The position numbers were made by a program, and so were the translations under genes. The notes beneath the pieces are model-generated. The model was not told the DNA's origin, made no database searches, and worked only from the letters and a program-made list of their open reading frames with translations. Of a stretch of DNA of 64,000 nucleotides, positions 52,391-62,640 are shown in pieces. The stretch's first letter is position 1. Every line of letters begins with the position of its first letter. Origin of the DNA: Octopus vulgaris (Eukaryota); the NCBI GenBank assembly GCA_951406725.2, contig OX597838.1, positions 31,868,001 to 31,932,000 on the forward strand, given 5' to 3'.

Positions 52391-52557
52391 TTGAACTGTT
52401 CAACAGTCAAGTAATGTTAAAAGGTTGTGAAACTGTTGGCTATGTCATAGTCAGTGCAGCAAAGGCCCAGATTCTCTCTTGTATCCACAAACCATTCTGG
52501 AAAGGTTGTCAACTGTGCAGTAAGACCACTTGGGTTGGCTCTCTGGAATGCATGCAG
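52391..52557 (+). CDS. BLTP2: BLTP2 exon 25: IELFNSQVMLKGCETVGYVIVSAAKAQ...KTTWVGSLECMQ
   Basis: ttacag| ... CAG|gtgaga, phase 1-0; VIVSAAKAQ motif. Confidence 0.97.
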
Positions 52558-53324
52558 GTGAGATATACCTCCTCCTCCTCTCTTCTTTGATTTGCTCCCT
52601 TCACTCTAACAAACTATTAGTGTCTATATCTATAGATGTGCACACTCATACTATATTTAAACCTATTTAGTATACATACAAACCTATCAAATTTACTTAT
52701 TTTTGCCTGTAGATTGAAAAAAAAAAAATGAACAACTTGAATTGATTTTTGAACCTTATTGATTGGCATTTGGAAGGGCATCCAGCTGTAAAAACCATGC
52801 CAAAACTGACCTCGCCTGTGCTTGTGCCACGTAAAAAGCACTGAATCTATTCTGTGGGGTGGTTGGTGTTAAGAAGGGCATCCAGTCATAAAAACCATTG
52901 CTAAAACAGGCACAGTAGCCTGGTGTAGTCTTCTACCTGGCTGGCTCCAGTCAAACTGTCCAACCCATGCCAGCATGGAAGATGGACGTTAAATGATGAT
53001 GATGGTGATGATTGGGGCCTCATCAGAGGTGTTTACATCATTTGTCCAATCCCAGAGATATAAACCAGTGTTGCAAGACCCAAATTTCGTCTCCCTGACA
53101 CTGACGACATTTCAGCAATGGACACAGCCACATGAGTGTCCAGCAAATCACAATTTCTCCCTGCCAAGTGAGGCAACTATGAAAGTGGTGGTATTTTACT
53201 GCGGCAGATAGGTATAATAGCCCAGTTACCTCAATGAAAGGTCCGTGATCTGTTTGTGGTTCTGTGAAGTCTGTGTCTTGACTTTCAACTGGAAAGAGAG
53301 AAAAAAATAAAGAAAAAAACATTT

Positions 53325-53715
53325 TTTATTTTTTTATTGTATCTAGTTTCAGCTCACGAGCTGTGGCCATGCTGGGGCACCGCCATTTGGTGTTGCTACA
53401 TGAATTTACTTCACGAATGCTTTTTAGCAATTGCCATTTGGTGCATGAGAGAGTTCGATGCAGCTGCCCTCATCTGCACCTCCTGCCGTGAAGTTGGTTC
53501 ATCTGGGACACCTGACAGGAAGAGATCCAGTTTTATTTTAAAGACATCTGCATCCACCCCATGCAGGTCTCTCAGGTAACTTCGGGAGGATATTGAAGAG
53601 CTGTGGGCCTCTGAAGCCCAGGCTATCACAGTATCTTGTCCTACATCTTGATGGCAAATTTGGAGTCCTTGGCACTCTGCAGTGGCGCCCAGTTCTAGCG
53701 TTTGTGTAACTCTCA
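53325..53715 (-). mobile_element. CR1-like LINE 3' fragment (another family); tail piece at ~34185-34310
   Basis: SLGFRGPQLFNILP..LRDLHGVDADVFKIKLDLFLSGVPDEP. Confidence 0.8.
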
Positions 53716-53799
53716 AAGCTGTAGATTAACTTTGAGAGAGCCAAACACTTGTTGGGAGATGAATGTCTCTCTGTAAATGTTTGAAACCATTAATATAGC

Positions 53800-54063
53800 G
53801 ATGTACTTGCATAGCATGTGATTTGATCTGAGATCGTGTGCTGAAACGAAAACAATTGCAGCATGGAAGGTGTTTATAAGCCATTTAAGAAACACACAAA
53901 AGTCGTTCGATTCACTTCAACATTTAAGTTTAATTTGTCAAAATATTTTCGTCACTTTAAGACCGCGACCTGTTCACTGACAAATTAAACTTAAATGTTG
54001 AAGTGAATCAAACGGCTTTTGTGTGTTTCTTAAATGGCTTACAAACACCTTCCACACTGCAAT
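53800..54063. mobile_element. Foldback insertion (PLE-like) centred on a complete hammerhead
   Basis: 86-bp arms 53855-53940 / 53978-54063; perfect 12-bp TSD CATTAATATAGC at 53788-53799 and 54064-54075. Confidence 0.85.
53934..53984 (-). ncRNA. Minimal type I hammerhead ribozyme, G3-C8 compensatory core variant
   Basis: TTTGTCA-GTGAACA-G-GTCGC-ggtcttaaa-GTGAC-GAAA-ATAT-TT-TGACAAA; stems I and II plus palindromic stem III (AATATT). Confidence 0.75.
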
Positions 54064-54335
54064 CATTAATATAGCAACAGGCAGAAAAAGCAAGATGAGC
54101 AGAACAGGTTTTACGTAAGAGATCCTCTTCAATGAACATACACGTATAAATACAAACACATGCTCGGAATGGTCAGTGGCAAGAGAGGAAGAGGCCGACC
54201 AAGAACCCGCTGGCTTGACACCATCAAGAGTGACACGGGAATGGACATAGCCAATCTGAAAGAAGCGGCCCAGGATAGAACTGACTGGAGGACACTGATC
54301 CAACGAGTAACCGAGAGTCGACTTCGACTGAGCGG

Positions 54336-54366
<31 letters not shown>

Positions 54367-54590
54367 CACATACATTCTATTGAACAGCCATTGATTTGCC
54401 TGAATTCATCCTCTCTTTCACAGGTTTTGTTTTTCATCCTATTGTGCCCAGAAATCGTCTTCCTCTCCAAGCAAGCTTGATAGGGATGGCTGTTTTGTCA
54501 CAAATGACCTGACCATGTCACAGATGGCACTGGCTTATATTTTACCAGTAGCACTTATGAATGAATATATATATATATATATATTTTTTA

Positions 54591-54642
54591 GCAAAAACTG
54601 TCCGACGAACGGGAACGTGAAACTCAGAGTAGCAGGTTTTGT
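54591..54642 (+). ncRNA. Type I hammerhead motif (core CCGACGA, U4C) in a ~155-bp insert between (TA)n tracts
   Basis: GCAAAAACTGT-CCGACGA-ACG-ggaa-CGT-GAAA-CTCaGAG-TA-GCAGGTTTTGT; all three stems pair. Confidence 0.7.
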
Positions 54643-55312
54643 TGAATTTTCTGCTGCTTTTAAATAAAGCATATTACTCTACCCCTGGTATTTGAGTACT
54701 CTTTTTTCCACCTTGTTTCACATTTATGTGTTTACTCCGGTATATATATATATATATATAAACATATAGGTGCAGGTATAGCTGTGTGGTTAGAAGCTTG
54801 CTTCCCAACCACATGGTTCTGGGTTCAATCCCACTGTGTGACACCTTGGTCAAGTGATTTCTACTATAATCCCTGGCTGACCAAAGCCTTTGATAGACAA
54901 AAAACTGAAAGAAGCCTGTTGTGTGTGTGTGTCTTTGTCTCCTACTGCTTGATGAACTGTGTTGGTTTGTTTATATCCACATAGCTTAGCAGTTCAGCAA
55001 AAGATTACAATTGAATAAGTACCAGGCTTTAAAAAAAAAAAGTACTGGAGTCGATTTGTTTAACTAGAAATCTTCAAAGCAGTGCCCCAGCATGACCACA
55101 GTCCATTGATTGAAACAAATAAAAGATGTGTGTATGTGTGTAGATGAATTGGATGACTGGATAGACAACAGCCCCTTTAAAGTCTACCTAGTAGCCCCAT
55201 TGATGTTCTGATTTGTCCCCCATCATCTAAAAACCCTTTCCTCCTGGGTGCAGAGTTAATGGAAACCTTTGCTTTGTGATTCGACTGTAAATTCTTCCTC
55301 CTGTCTTTGCAG

Positions 55313-55486
55313 TATTATGCCACAGTAGATCTTGGAGAAGTAATTAACGATGAAGACATTGCATGGCTCAGTAAAGAAAACATTGAAGACCGGTCAGAGT
55401 TTGACCTGGAAGGTCTACCAGAAATGGTCAGCAGTGGCCAGAGTGTTGGTGGTGTTGTCAACAGCACAGTTGGGGATAATGGACTG
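55313..55486 (+). CDS. BLTP2: BLTP2 exon 26: YYATVDLGEVINDEDIAWLSKENIED...SGQSVGGVVNSTVGDNGL
   Basis: tttgcag| ... |gtaagt, phase 0-0; WL...NIE and SGQ.VGG motifs. Confidence 0.96.
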
Positions 55487-55955
55487 GTAAGTAACTGCTC
55501 TATTCTTTGTCAGCTTGTCCCTTTAGCACTTAAAAACTGACCATATCCAGCCAATGTATTCAACCTGTTTCATGTTCAAACTGGCCGGATCAGGCCTCTC
55601 ACACCTACCCTACAATGTCATTCTAAAAATAAACAATCACGTCATCAAAATTTTCATGATGATTCATGATTAATTCAAAATAATGTGAACGTGTAAGCAT
55701 TACATTTGACAGAGTAGTCTGGATGTTAAAGGGTTAAAAAAGGATTATATTCAGTTGGTTAAATAGTTATTTTGTCTCCTAATTTGCTATGATGTCGTTA
55801 GGAGCTGTCAGCACACACAAATAAATGATTATAATGTTATAGTGTGACAATAGTTATCAGCAGAGCTAAGCAATTATAGTGGCGTATAGCAAAACAGGTG
55901 ACTGTCATGTTACAGTATTATGGTGTGTGTGCGTGTAATATATATATACATAAAT

Positions 55956-55987
<32 letters not shown>

Positions 55988-56845
55988 CGTGTATATAGTC
56001 TATTGACTAATTTTTTTGTACTAGGCCACTGGTAATAATAATTTCTATAATTCTTATTACCCTAATATTATTTATTGTATATATATATATACACATATAA
56101 ACTCACCTATGTAATTATAGTATTACCGTGCATATGTATGTGTGTATGTATCACCACAGCTAAATAGTGTGTATTGTGGTGGTGTATATAGACCCTGTAA
56201 AGTAATTATTGTCTCACAGCATTTGTATTGCCACAGCTAAATAAGTATAGTCTTATGGGGGTATATATGAACACAGCCAGGTAATCATAGTATATTGTGT
56301 GTGTGCACAGGTGTGCAGGTACGCTTAAGATTCAGCCCCACTGCATGGCACCTATGGCAAGTGTCTTCCACTATACCTACTGGCAGGTCAAAGCCTTGCC
56401 AGTGGATTTTGGTACACAGAAACTGTAAGAAGCCGGCGAGCTGGCAGAAACGTTAGCACACCAGGCGAAATGCATAGCCGTATTTCGTCTGCCGTTACGT
56501 TCTGAGTTCAAATTCCACCGAGGTTGACTTTGCCTTTCATCCTTTCGGGGTCGATAAATTAAGTACCAGTTTCACACTGGGGTCGATGTAAACGACTTGA
56601 TCCGTTTGTCTGTCCTTGTTTGTCCCCTCTATGTTTAGCCCCTTGTGGGCAATAAAGAAATAAGAAACTGTAAGAAGCCTGTCGTATGTGTATTTATTTT
56701 TAACATGTCCTGTGTATCCTAGAATGTGAAAGACATTCACTGTGATATTCTATATCGGAGAGAAATGTCTCTCTCCCTCTCTCTCTGAATCTTGCATGTA
56801 TAAAATGCATTGTGCCAAGGAATAAACAAAGCCATTAGATAAAAC

Positions 56846-57243
56846 TGTAGCATGGCAGTTTTCAACCATTTTGAAATATGACTATAGCGATTTCTAATAT
56901 CTTCACTGTGTGAAAGGCAAGGCAGAAATGATCTCGTTTAAGGTTACAACAACGTTAAATTAGCCAAAGATTTTTGTAATCTCAAACGAGATCGTTCTTA
57001 ATACTTTTCTCAAACAGTGAAGATAGCAATGAAGAAAACAATATTGCTACAGATATTCATTGCTATCTTCACTGTTTGAGAAAAGTATTAAGAATGATCT
57101 CGTTTGAGATTACAAACATTTTTGGCTAGTTTAACGTTGTTCTAACTTCAAACGAGATCATTTCTGCCTTGCCTTTCACACAGTGAAGATATTAGAAATC
57201 GCTATAGTCATATTTCAAAATGGCTGAAAACTGCCATGCTACA
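56846..57243. repeat. Long near-perfect palindrome (~188-bp arms, 22-nt loop)
   Basis: TGTAGCATGGCAGTTTTC...GATAGCAATGAA / TTCATTGCTATC...CTGCCATGCTACA. Confidence 0.92.
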
Positions 57244-57497
57244 AAACCAACGTACAGGGAAATTTTGCAGCTGATTCCTCATCAGTCAATGCCCAAGACA
57301 TCTTAGCAGTTTCATGCTTTTTAACATTGATTCCACTCCATTTTGGCAACACCAGAGCAGGAAGCTTCTGGGAACAGCTAATGAATGTATATGACAAGGA
57401 CAAAAACAAACAAGACAAACTAAAAGAGAATAGACCTGAGTAAGTACAGTGTTACTACGAGTGTGATTTGTTGCAATATTTTCTGTTTTTCTCTTAG

Positions 57498-57608
57498 AAT
57501 AATGGTGGTCAAGGTGTCCAGCTTCAAAGGATCGTCTCTCGATGTCGATGTCAGTTTTTTTATGCTGGCTATGGGGAAGTGGAATCTGAACAATTTCCAG
57601 AAGTCCTG
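57498..57608 (+). CDS. BLTP2: BLTP2 exon 27: NNGGQGVQLQRIVSRCRCQFFYAGYGEVESEQFPEVL
   Basis: tcttag| ... |gtaaga, phase 0-0; QRI.SRC.C motif. Confidence 0.96.
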
Positions 57609-58904
57609 GTAAGAAACCTCACCGTTACCAAACAATTTTCACCATCACCACTACCACCACCACCACACTTCACTACCTCCACCACTATCAATTTGCACTA
57701 CCACCACCACTACCACCATCATCAGCCTTAACCCCACCACCACTGTGACATCTCTATAATTTGTATGTCTTATTTCATACTTGTTATATGTCTTTTTGTT
57801 GCCTGTTTTCCATTCAGAAGTAATTCTGTGCAAACCAGCCACCATTTGTAATGTCTCTTCACTCCCTCATCTGCTGTATTTGTAACAAATCACAAGAGAC
57901 CATCATCCTTATTAGTAGGGTAGTGGATTGACAGAAGCACTGGCGGATCAGACAAAATGTCTTGCATCATATGTTCCAGCTCTTCATGTCCTGAATTTTC
58001 AAATTCTGATGTGATCAGCTTTGATTTTCATCCTTATGGAGGGAATCAATACAACAAAATGTTAGTCACATGATGGGATCAGTTAAATCATGTAACTTTT
58101 CCTAAAGTATTATTATTATTATTATTATTATTATCATTATAGGTGCAGGAGTGGCTGTGTAGTAAGTAGCTTGCTTACCAACCACATGGTTCTAGTTCCA
58201 TTGCGTGGCACCTTGAGCAAGTGTCTTCTACTATAGCCTCGGGCTGACCAAAGCCTTGTGAGTGGGTTTGGTAGATGGAAACTGAAAGAAGCCCATATTA
58301 TATATATAGAACAATTATTATTATTATTATTATTATTATTTTTAAGGCAGTGGGCTGGCAGAATCATTAGCACATCAGGTGAAATGCTTAGCAGCATTTC
58401 ATCTGCAGCTATGTTCTGAGTTCAGATTCTGCCAAGGTTGACTTTGCCTTTCATCCTTTCGGGGTCAATAAAATTAGTACCAGATGAACACTAGGGTCGA
58501 TATAATTGACTTACCCTCACCCAACACTAAATTGCTGGATTTGTGACAAAATTTCAAACCCTTAATGTTGTTAAATATGTTGATGTGTGGTCTCTCGTCT
58601 ACTCACCTTGTGGAAATAAAGTTATTACAGCTGTAGATTTGTTGTTGAGAGGTGAGTCATCTATGATCCAACTGTGACCACCCACAATGAATCAGTTTTC
58701 TTTGACTACTCAGTGTTCATATATATAATATATAATGAAATTATTGTATACAGTGCTCAGGTGCACCAGAACTTGTCAGAAAGTGCGTATAAAGTGTATG
58801 CAGTAATGTACAAATGTCTGGAAAGCGAACAATGTATGAGTTCGCCCCCCACTAATCCATGCCTCGTTTAATAACTGTTGTTTTTGTTGTTCTTGTTGTT
58901 GCAG

Positions 58905-58997
58905 CCGATGGAAGACCCATCCGACATGATTCAGACTGAAGAAGGAGTGGACACGACAACCGTGCTGCATCACGACCTCAACGTCTGCACAAACTCT
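58905..58997 (+). CDS. BLTP2: BLTP2 exon 28: PMEDPSDMIQTEEGVDTTTVLHHDLNVCTNS
   Basis: ttgcag| ... |gtaagg, phase 0-0; VDT.T..HH.L...TN motif. Confidence 0.95.
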
Positions 58998-59198
58998 GTA
59001 AGGACCGATACAACTGTCACCAGTGTTAGTGGGGTGGGGAGAGGGTATAGTAGTAAAGTCACAGAAGGCGGGAGGGATGTGTGGTGGGGGAATGAGGGTT
59101 GAAGTAATGTTGGAGGGGGCTGTAGCAACGTGGTGGGTAAAATGGGAGTTAATCGTTGCTGGGCAGGGTTTGCTTTTGCGTGCGAATGAATTGGGGAA

Positions 59199-59828
59199 TT
59201 GGGGGATTAATTGGCGGTTGGTTAGGGGTGATTTACTCGTGGAGGGATGGAGTTAAGTGAGGTGGGGGAATGTTGGGAGTTAAGTGGAGGTTAGTGTGCA
59301 ATGGGGTAAGAGTGGTGTATGTGGTGGGGAGATTGCGGGGGGGGGGGGGTTCATGAGTTGGGGGATTAATTGGCGGTTGGTTAGGGGTGATTTACTCGTG
59401 GAGGGATGGAGTTAAGTGGGGTGGGGGCAATGTTGGGGATTAAGTGAAGGTTAGTGTGCATTGGGGTAAGAGTGGTGTATGTGGTGGGGAGATTGCGGGG
59501 GGGGGGCATGAGTTGGGGGATTAATTGGCAGTTGGTTAGGGGTGATTTACTCGTGGAGGGATGGAGTTAAGTGAGGTGGGGGGAATGTCGGGGGTTAAGT
59601 GGAGGTTAGTGTGCATTGGGGTAAGAGTGGTGTATGTGGTGGGGAGATTGCGGGGGGGGGTAATGAGTTGGGGGATTAATTGGCGGTTGGTTAGGAGTGA
59701 TTTACTCATGGAGGGATGGAGTTAAGTGAGGTGGAGGGAATGTTGGGGGTTAAGTGGAGGTTAGTGTGCATTGGGGTAAGAGTGGTGTATGTGGTGGGGA
59801 GATTGCGGGGGGGGGGGGTCATGAGTTA
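59199..59828 (+). repeat. G-rich minisatellite, 4 x 155-159 bp
   Basis: Units start at 59199, 59358, 59513 and 59668; length differs mainly in a poly-G run. Confidence 0.95.
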
Positions 59829-60349
59829 ACTGGGGGCAGGTAATAGTAATGGGATATTAAGACAGTTTATATAATTACTGTGTATACACAAACACTTATT
59901 CACAACTATACACACAAACTATACAGCTATACACCATCTGCACATACACAACTGTACATACACATAGGCATTCACAAACAAACTGCATAAACGCAAACAC
60001 CCACATACAATTACACCACACACACACACACACATACATCTACATGCAGTTACACAACCATACTCATACTGCTATATTTAACTACACACATAGATACAGC
60101 TATATATTCACATATTGTTTAGTTTGTGAACATGGGATTGCATTAGTGTGTGTGTGTGTGTGTGGATGGTTGTATGAATAAACTTGCTTTCATAGGTGCA
60201 GCAGTGGCTGTGTGGTAAGTAGCTTGCTAACCAACCACATGATTCCAGGTTCAGTCCCAGCACCTTGGGCAAGTGTCTGCTGCTATAGTCCCGGGCCGAC
60301 CAATGCCTTGTGAATGGATTTGGTAGACGGAAACTGAAAGAAGCCTGTC

Positions 60350-60409
<60 letters not shown>

Positions 60410-60789
60410 CTGTGTTTGTCCCCCTACCATTGCTTGACAACCGATGCTGGTGTGTTTACGTCCCCATTACTTAGCGGTTCAGCAAAAGATACCGATAGAA
60501 TAAGTACTAGGCTTACAAAGAATAAATCCCTGGGTCGATTTGCTCGACTAAAGGCAGTGCTCCAGCATGGCTGCAGTCAAATGACTGAAACAAGTAAAAG
60601 AGTAAAGAGTATATAAAAGGTGTGTGTGTCACTTAAGTACAGAAGTGTGTGTGTTTCATTCCGGTTACTGTATGTGTATGCCATAGGCACATGCAATTGT
60701 GTGCAAATGTTCATTCCAGGAAACTCAAATGGAGAATCCCTGCAATGTCTTACAAATAATCATTGAACCCCTAATTATATCTGGAGGAG

Positions 60790-61290
60790 ACGAATCACTT
60801 TGCATTGTTATTTCTTGAAGAATGCCAATATTCCTAGGCTTTTAAACAAAGCCATTGCCTCACAACCCCGTGCACCTATGATAACAGGTCCATATGAAAA
60901 GCTACAACCTAGATACAAGAGCTGTGAGTTCCTCGTTAATTCACACACAGGTGTTCTTTCGTTCTCCTCAATTTCAGGTGAGATATTCACATCCGCTAAT
61001 CAGTGGACGTGTCCAACAGTGCATGGTTTTTGTTCCCATGGAACAATATCATGCCTATTTTTGTCTTTTACTCAAAGTTGCTGATTTTATCAGACTGCTC
61101 CATCAGTATTCCTTATCTTTTAAAGGTGTAGATATGTTCTGGTTCTAGTGTGTCTTTGATATGGCCATCAAAACCATCCTTCTTGCAGGATAACATTGTA
61201 AATAGCTTTAGGAACAATGCCATGTTTCATGAGAAGTGGTTATTGTGTGAAATGTTTGGTCAACTGGTGCGAAATAGTCGACACTTTCTC
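60790..61290 (-). mobile_element. Old R4-like RLE retrotransposon remnant
   Basis: ...NISPEIEENER...ELTRNSQLLY...PVIIGARG motif. Confidence 0.6.
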
Positions 61291-61836
61291 TCATAATGTC
61301 TAGAGACATCTTTATTGCTTTTATTAATGAAGAATTTAGTACTTATTTTCTGTTCTTGGAAAGGGAAGGTGTTATCTTCCAGGTGAGATATGATGTATCT
61401 AACACAGACCCAGGAGAGACTGCTATTCCTGTCAATGTTGTTGGTGTGTGTGTGTAATCTTAATACTAATAAAACTGAACTTGGTTACTTGTCTGTGTGT
61501 CAGAAGCATCAGAGGAAGGCTGCAAGAGTGTTGGTGTGAGATGGATAACATTCCAAAGCAAGGATAAAGAACGATGTTGCGTTAGATGGAGAAACACTGA
61601 AATTTGATAAATAGTATTGATGGTGAGGTAAAGAGGCAGTAGTTGTAAGGGGCCATTCGACCAACTACCCTAATGTTTGTATGTGTGTGTATATGAACAC
61701 GCACACACATATGCTATTATATAGAGGATACATGTTATAACATGCATATACACAAACACATGCACAGACATAAATATGCTTCTATATACACACACTCATA
61801 CACACAAGCATATGTATACACACTTCTTTTCTTTGA

Positions 61837-61871
<35 letters not shown>

Positions 61872-62104
61872 TGTAAATATAGGCATGGAATTGGTAGCAC
61901 ATTGATACACCACACAAAACGTTTTGCAGTTCTGGCTGTTCATGTTCTGAAGCACCGGTGGTCAATATGTGTGGTTGATTTGATCTGTGCCTGTTGTTTA
62001 TCCGGAAGTTTTGTAAAAATTAAATTATTACTTTACAATGTTAACATTAATTCCCTCAGTCTTCAGATTGGGCAATGCCAGATGTCTCACTAATATATAC
62101 ACAT

Positions 62105-62191
<87 letters not shown>

Positions 62192-62291
62192 TTCAGCAAC
62201 AATTTAGATTCAAATGAATATGGTACTTAATTTAGATGCACCAGAATTCTGTATGGTGTTATCCATAAAAATTTGTGGGGTGATTATAATA

Positions 62292-62439
62292 AAAAAATAA
62301 GCACCAAGAATGACCCCGGTAATTTGGTACAATTGTTTCGCACTACATCATTTTATTAAAAGTTGTAAGTATTACATTAATGATGTAGTGTGAAACAATT
62401 GTACCAAATTACCAGAGTCATTCTTGTTGCTTATTTTTT
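62292..62439. repeat. Foldback with 61-bp arms and a 26-nt loop
   Basis: AAAAAATAAGCACCAAGAATGAC...CTACATCATT / AATGATGTAG...GTCATTCTTGTTGCTTATTTTTT. Confidence 0.9.
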
Positions 62440-62574
62440 GAGTATATATATTTTTGAACCGTCCAACCCATGCTAGCATGGAAAACGGACGCTAAATGAT
62501 GATGATGATGATGATGATATATATATATATATATAAATATCTATGTATGTATATCTGTAATGTTTCTGTTACAG

Positions 62575-62640
62575 TTGCAGTATGCCACAATCTTAGATAT
62601 TATCAACAATCTTCTGCTCCATGTTGAACGAAACAGGAAG
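62575..62640 (+). CDS. BLTP2: BLTP2 exon 29: [22 protein letters not shown] (gene continues beyond the window)
   Basis: ttacag| ... AAG|gtaata; resembles [21 protein letters not shown]. Confidence 0.96.

Noticed and set aside
57255-57290. Minus-strand CTGATGAGGA... next to the long palindrome as a hammerhead
   Set aside because: No intact GAAA, weak stem II and no stem I.
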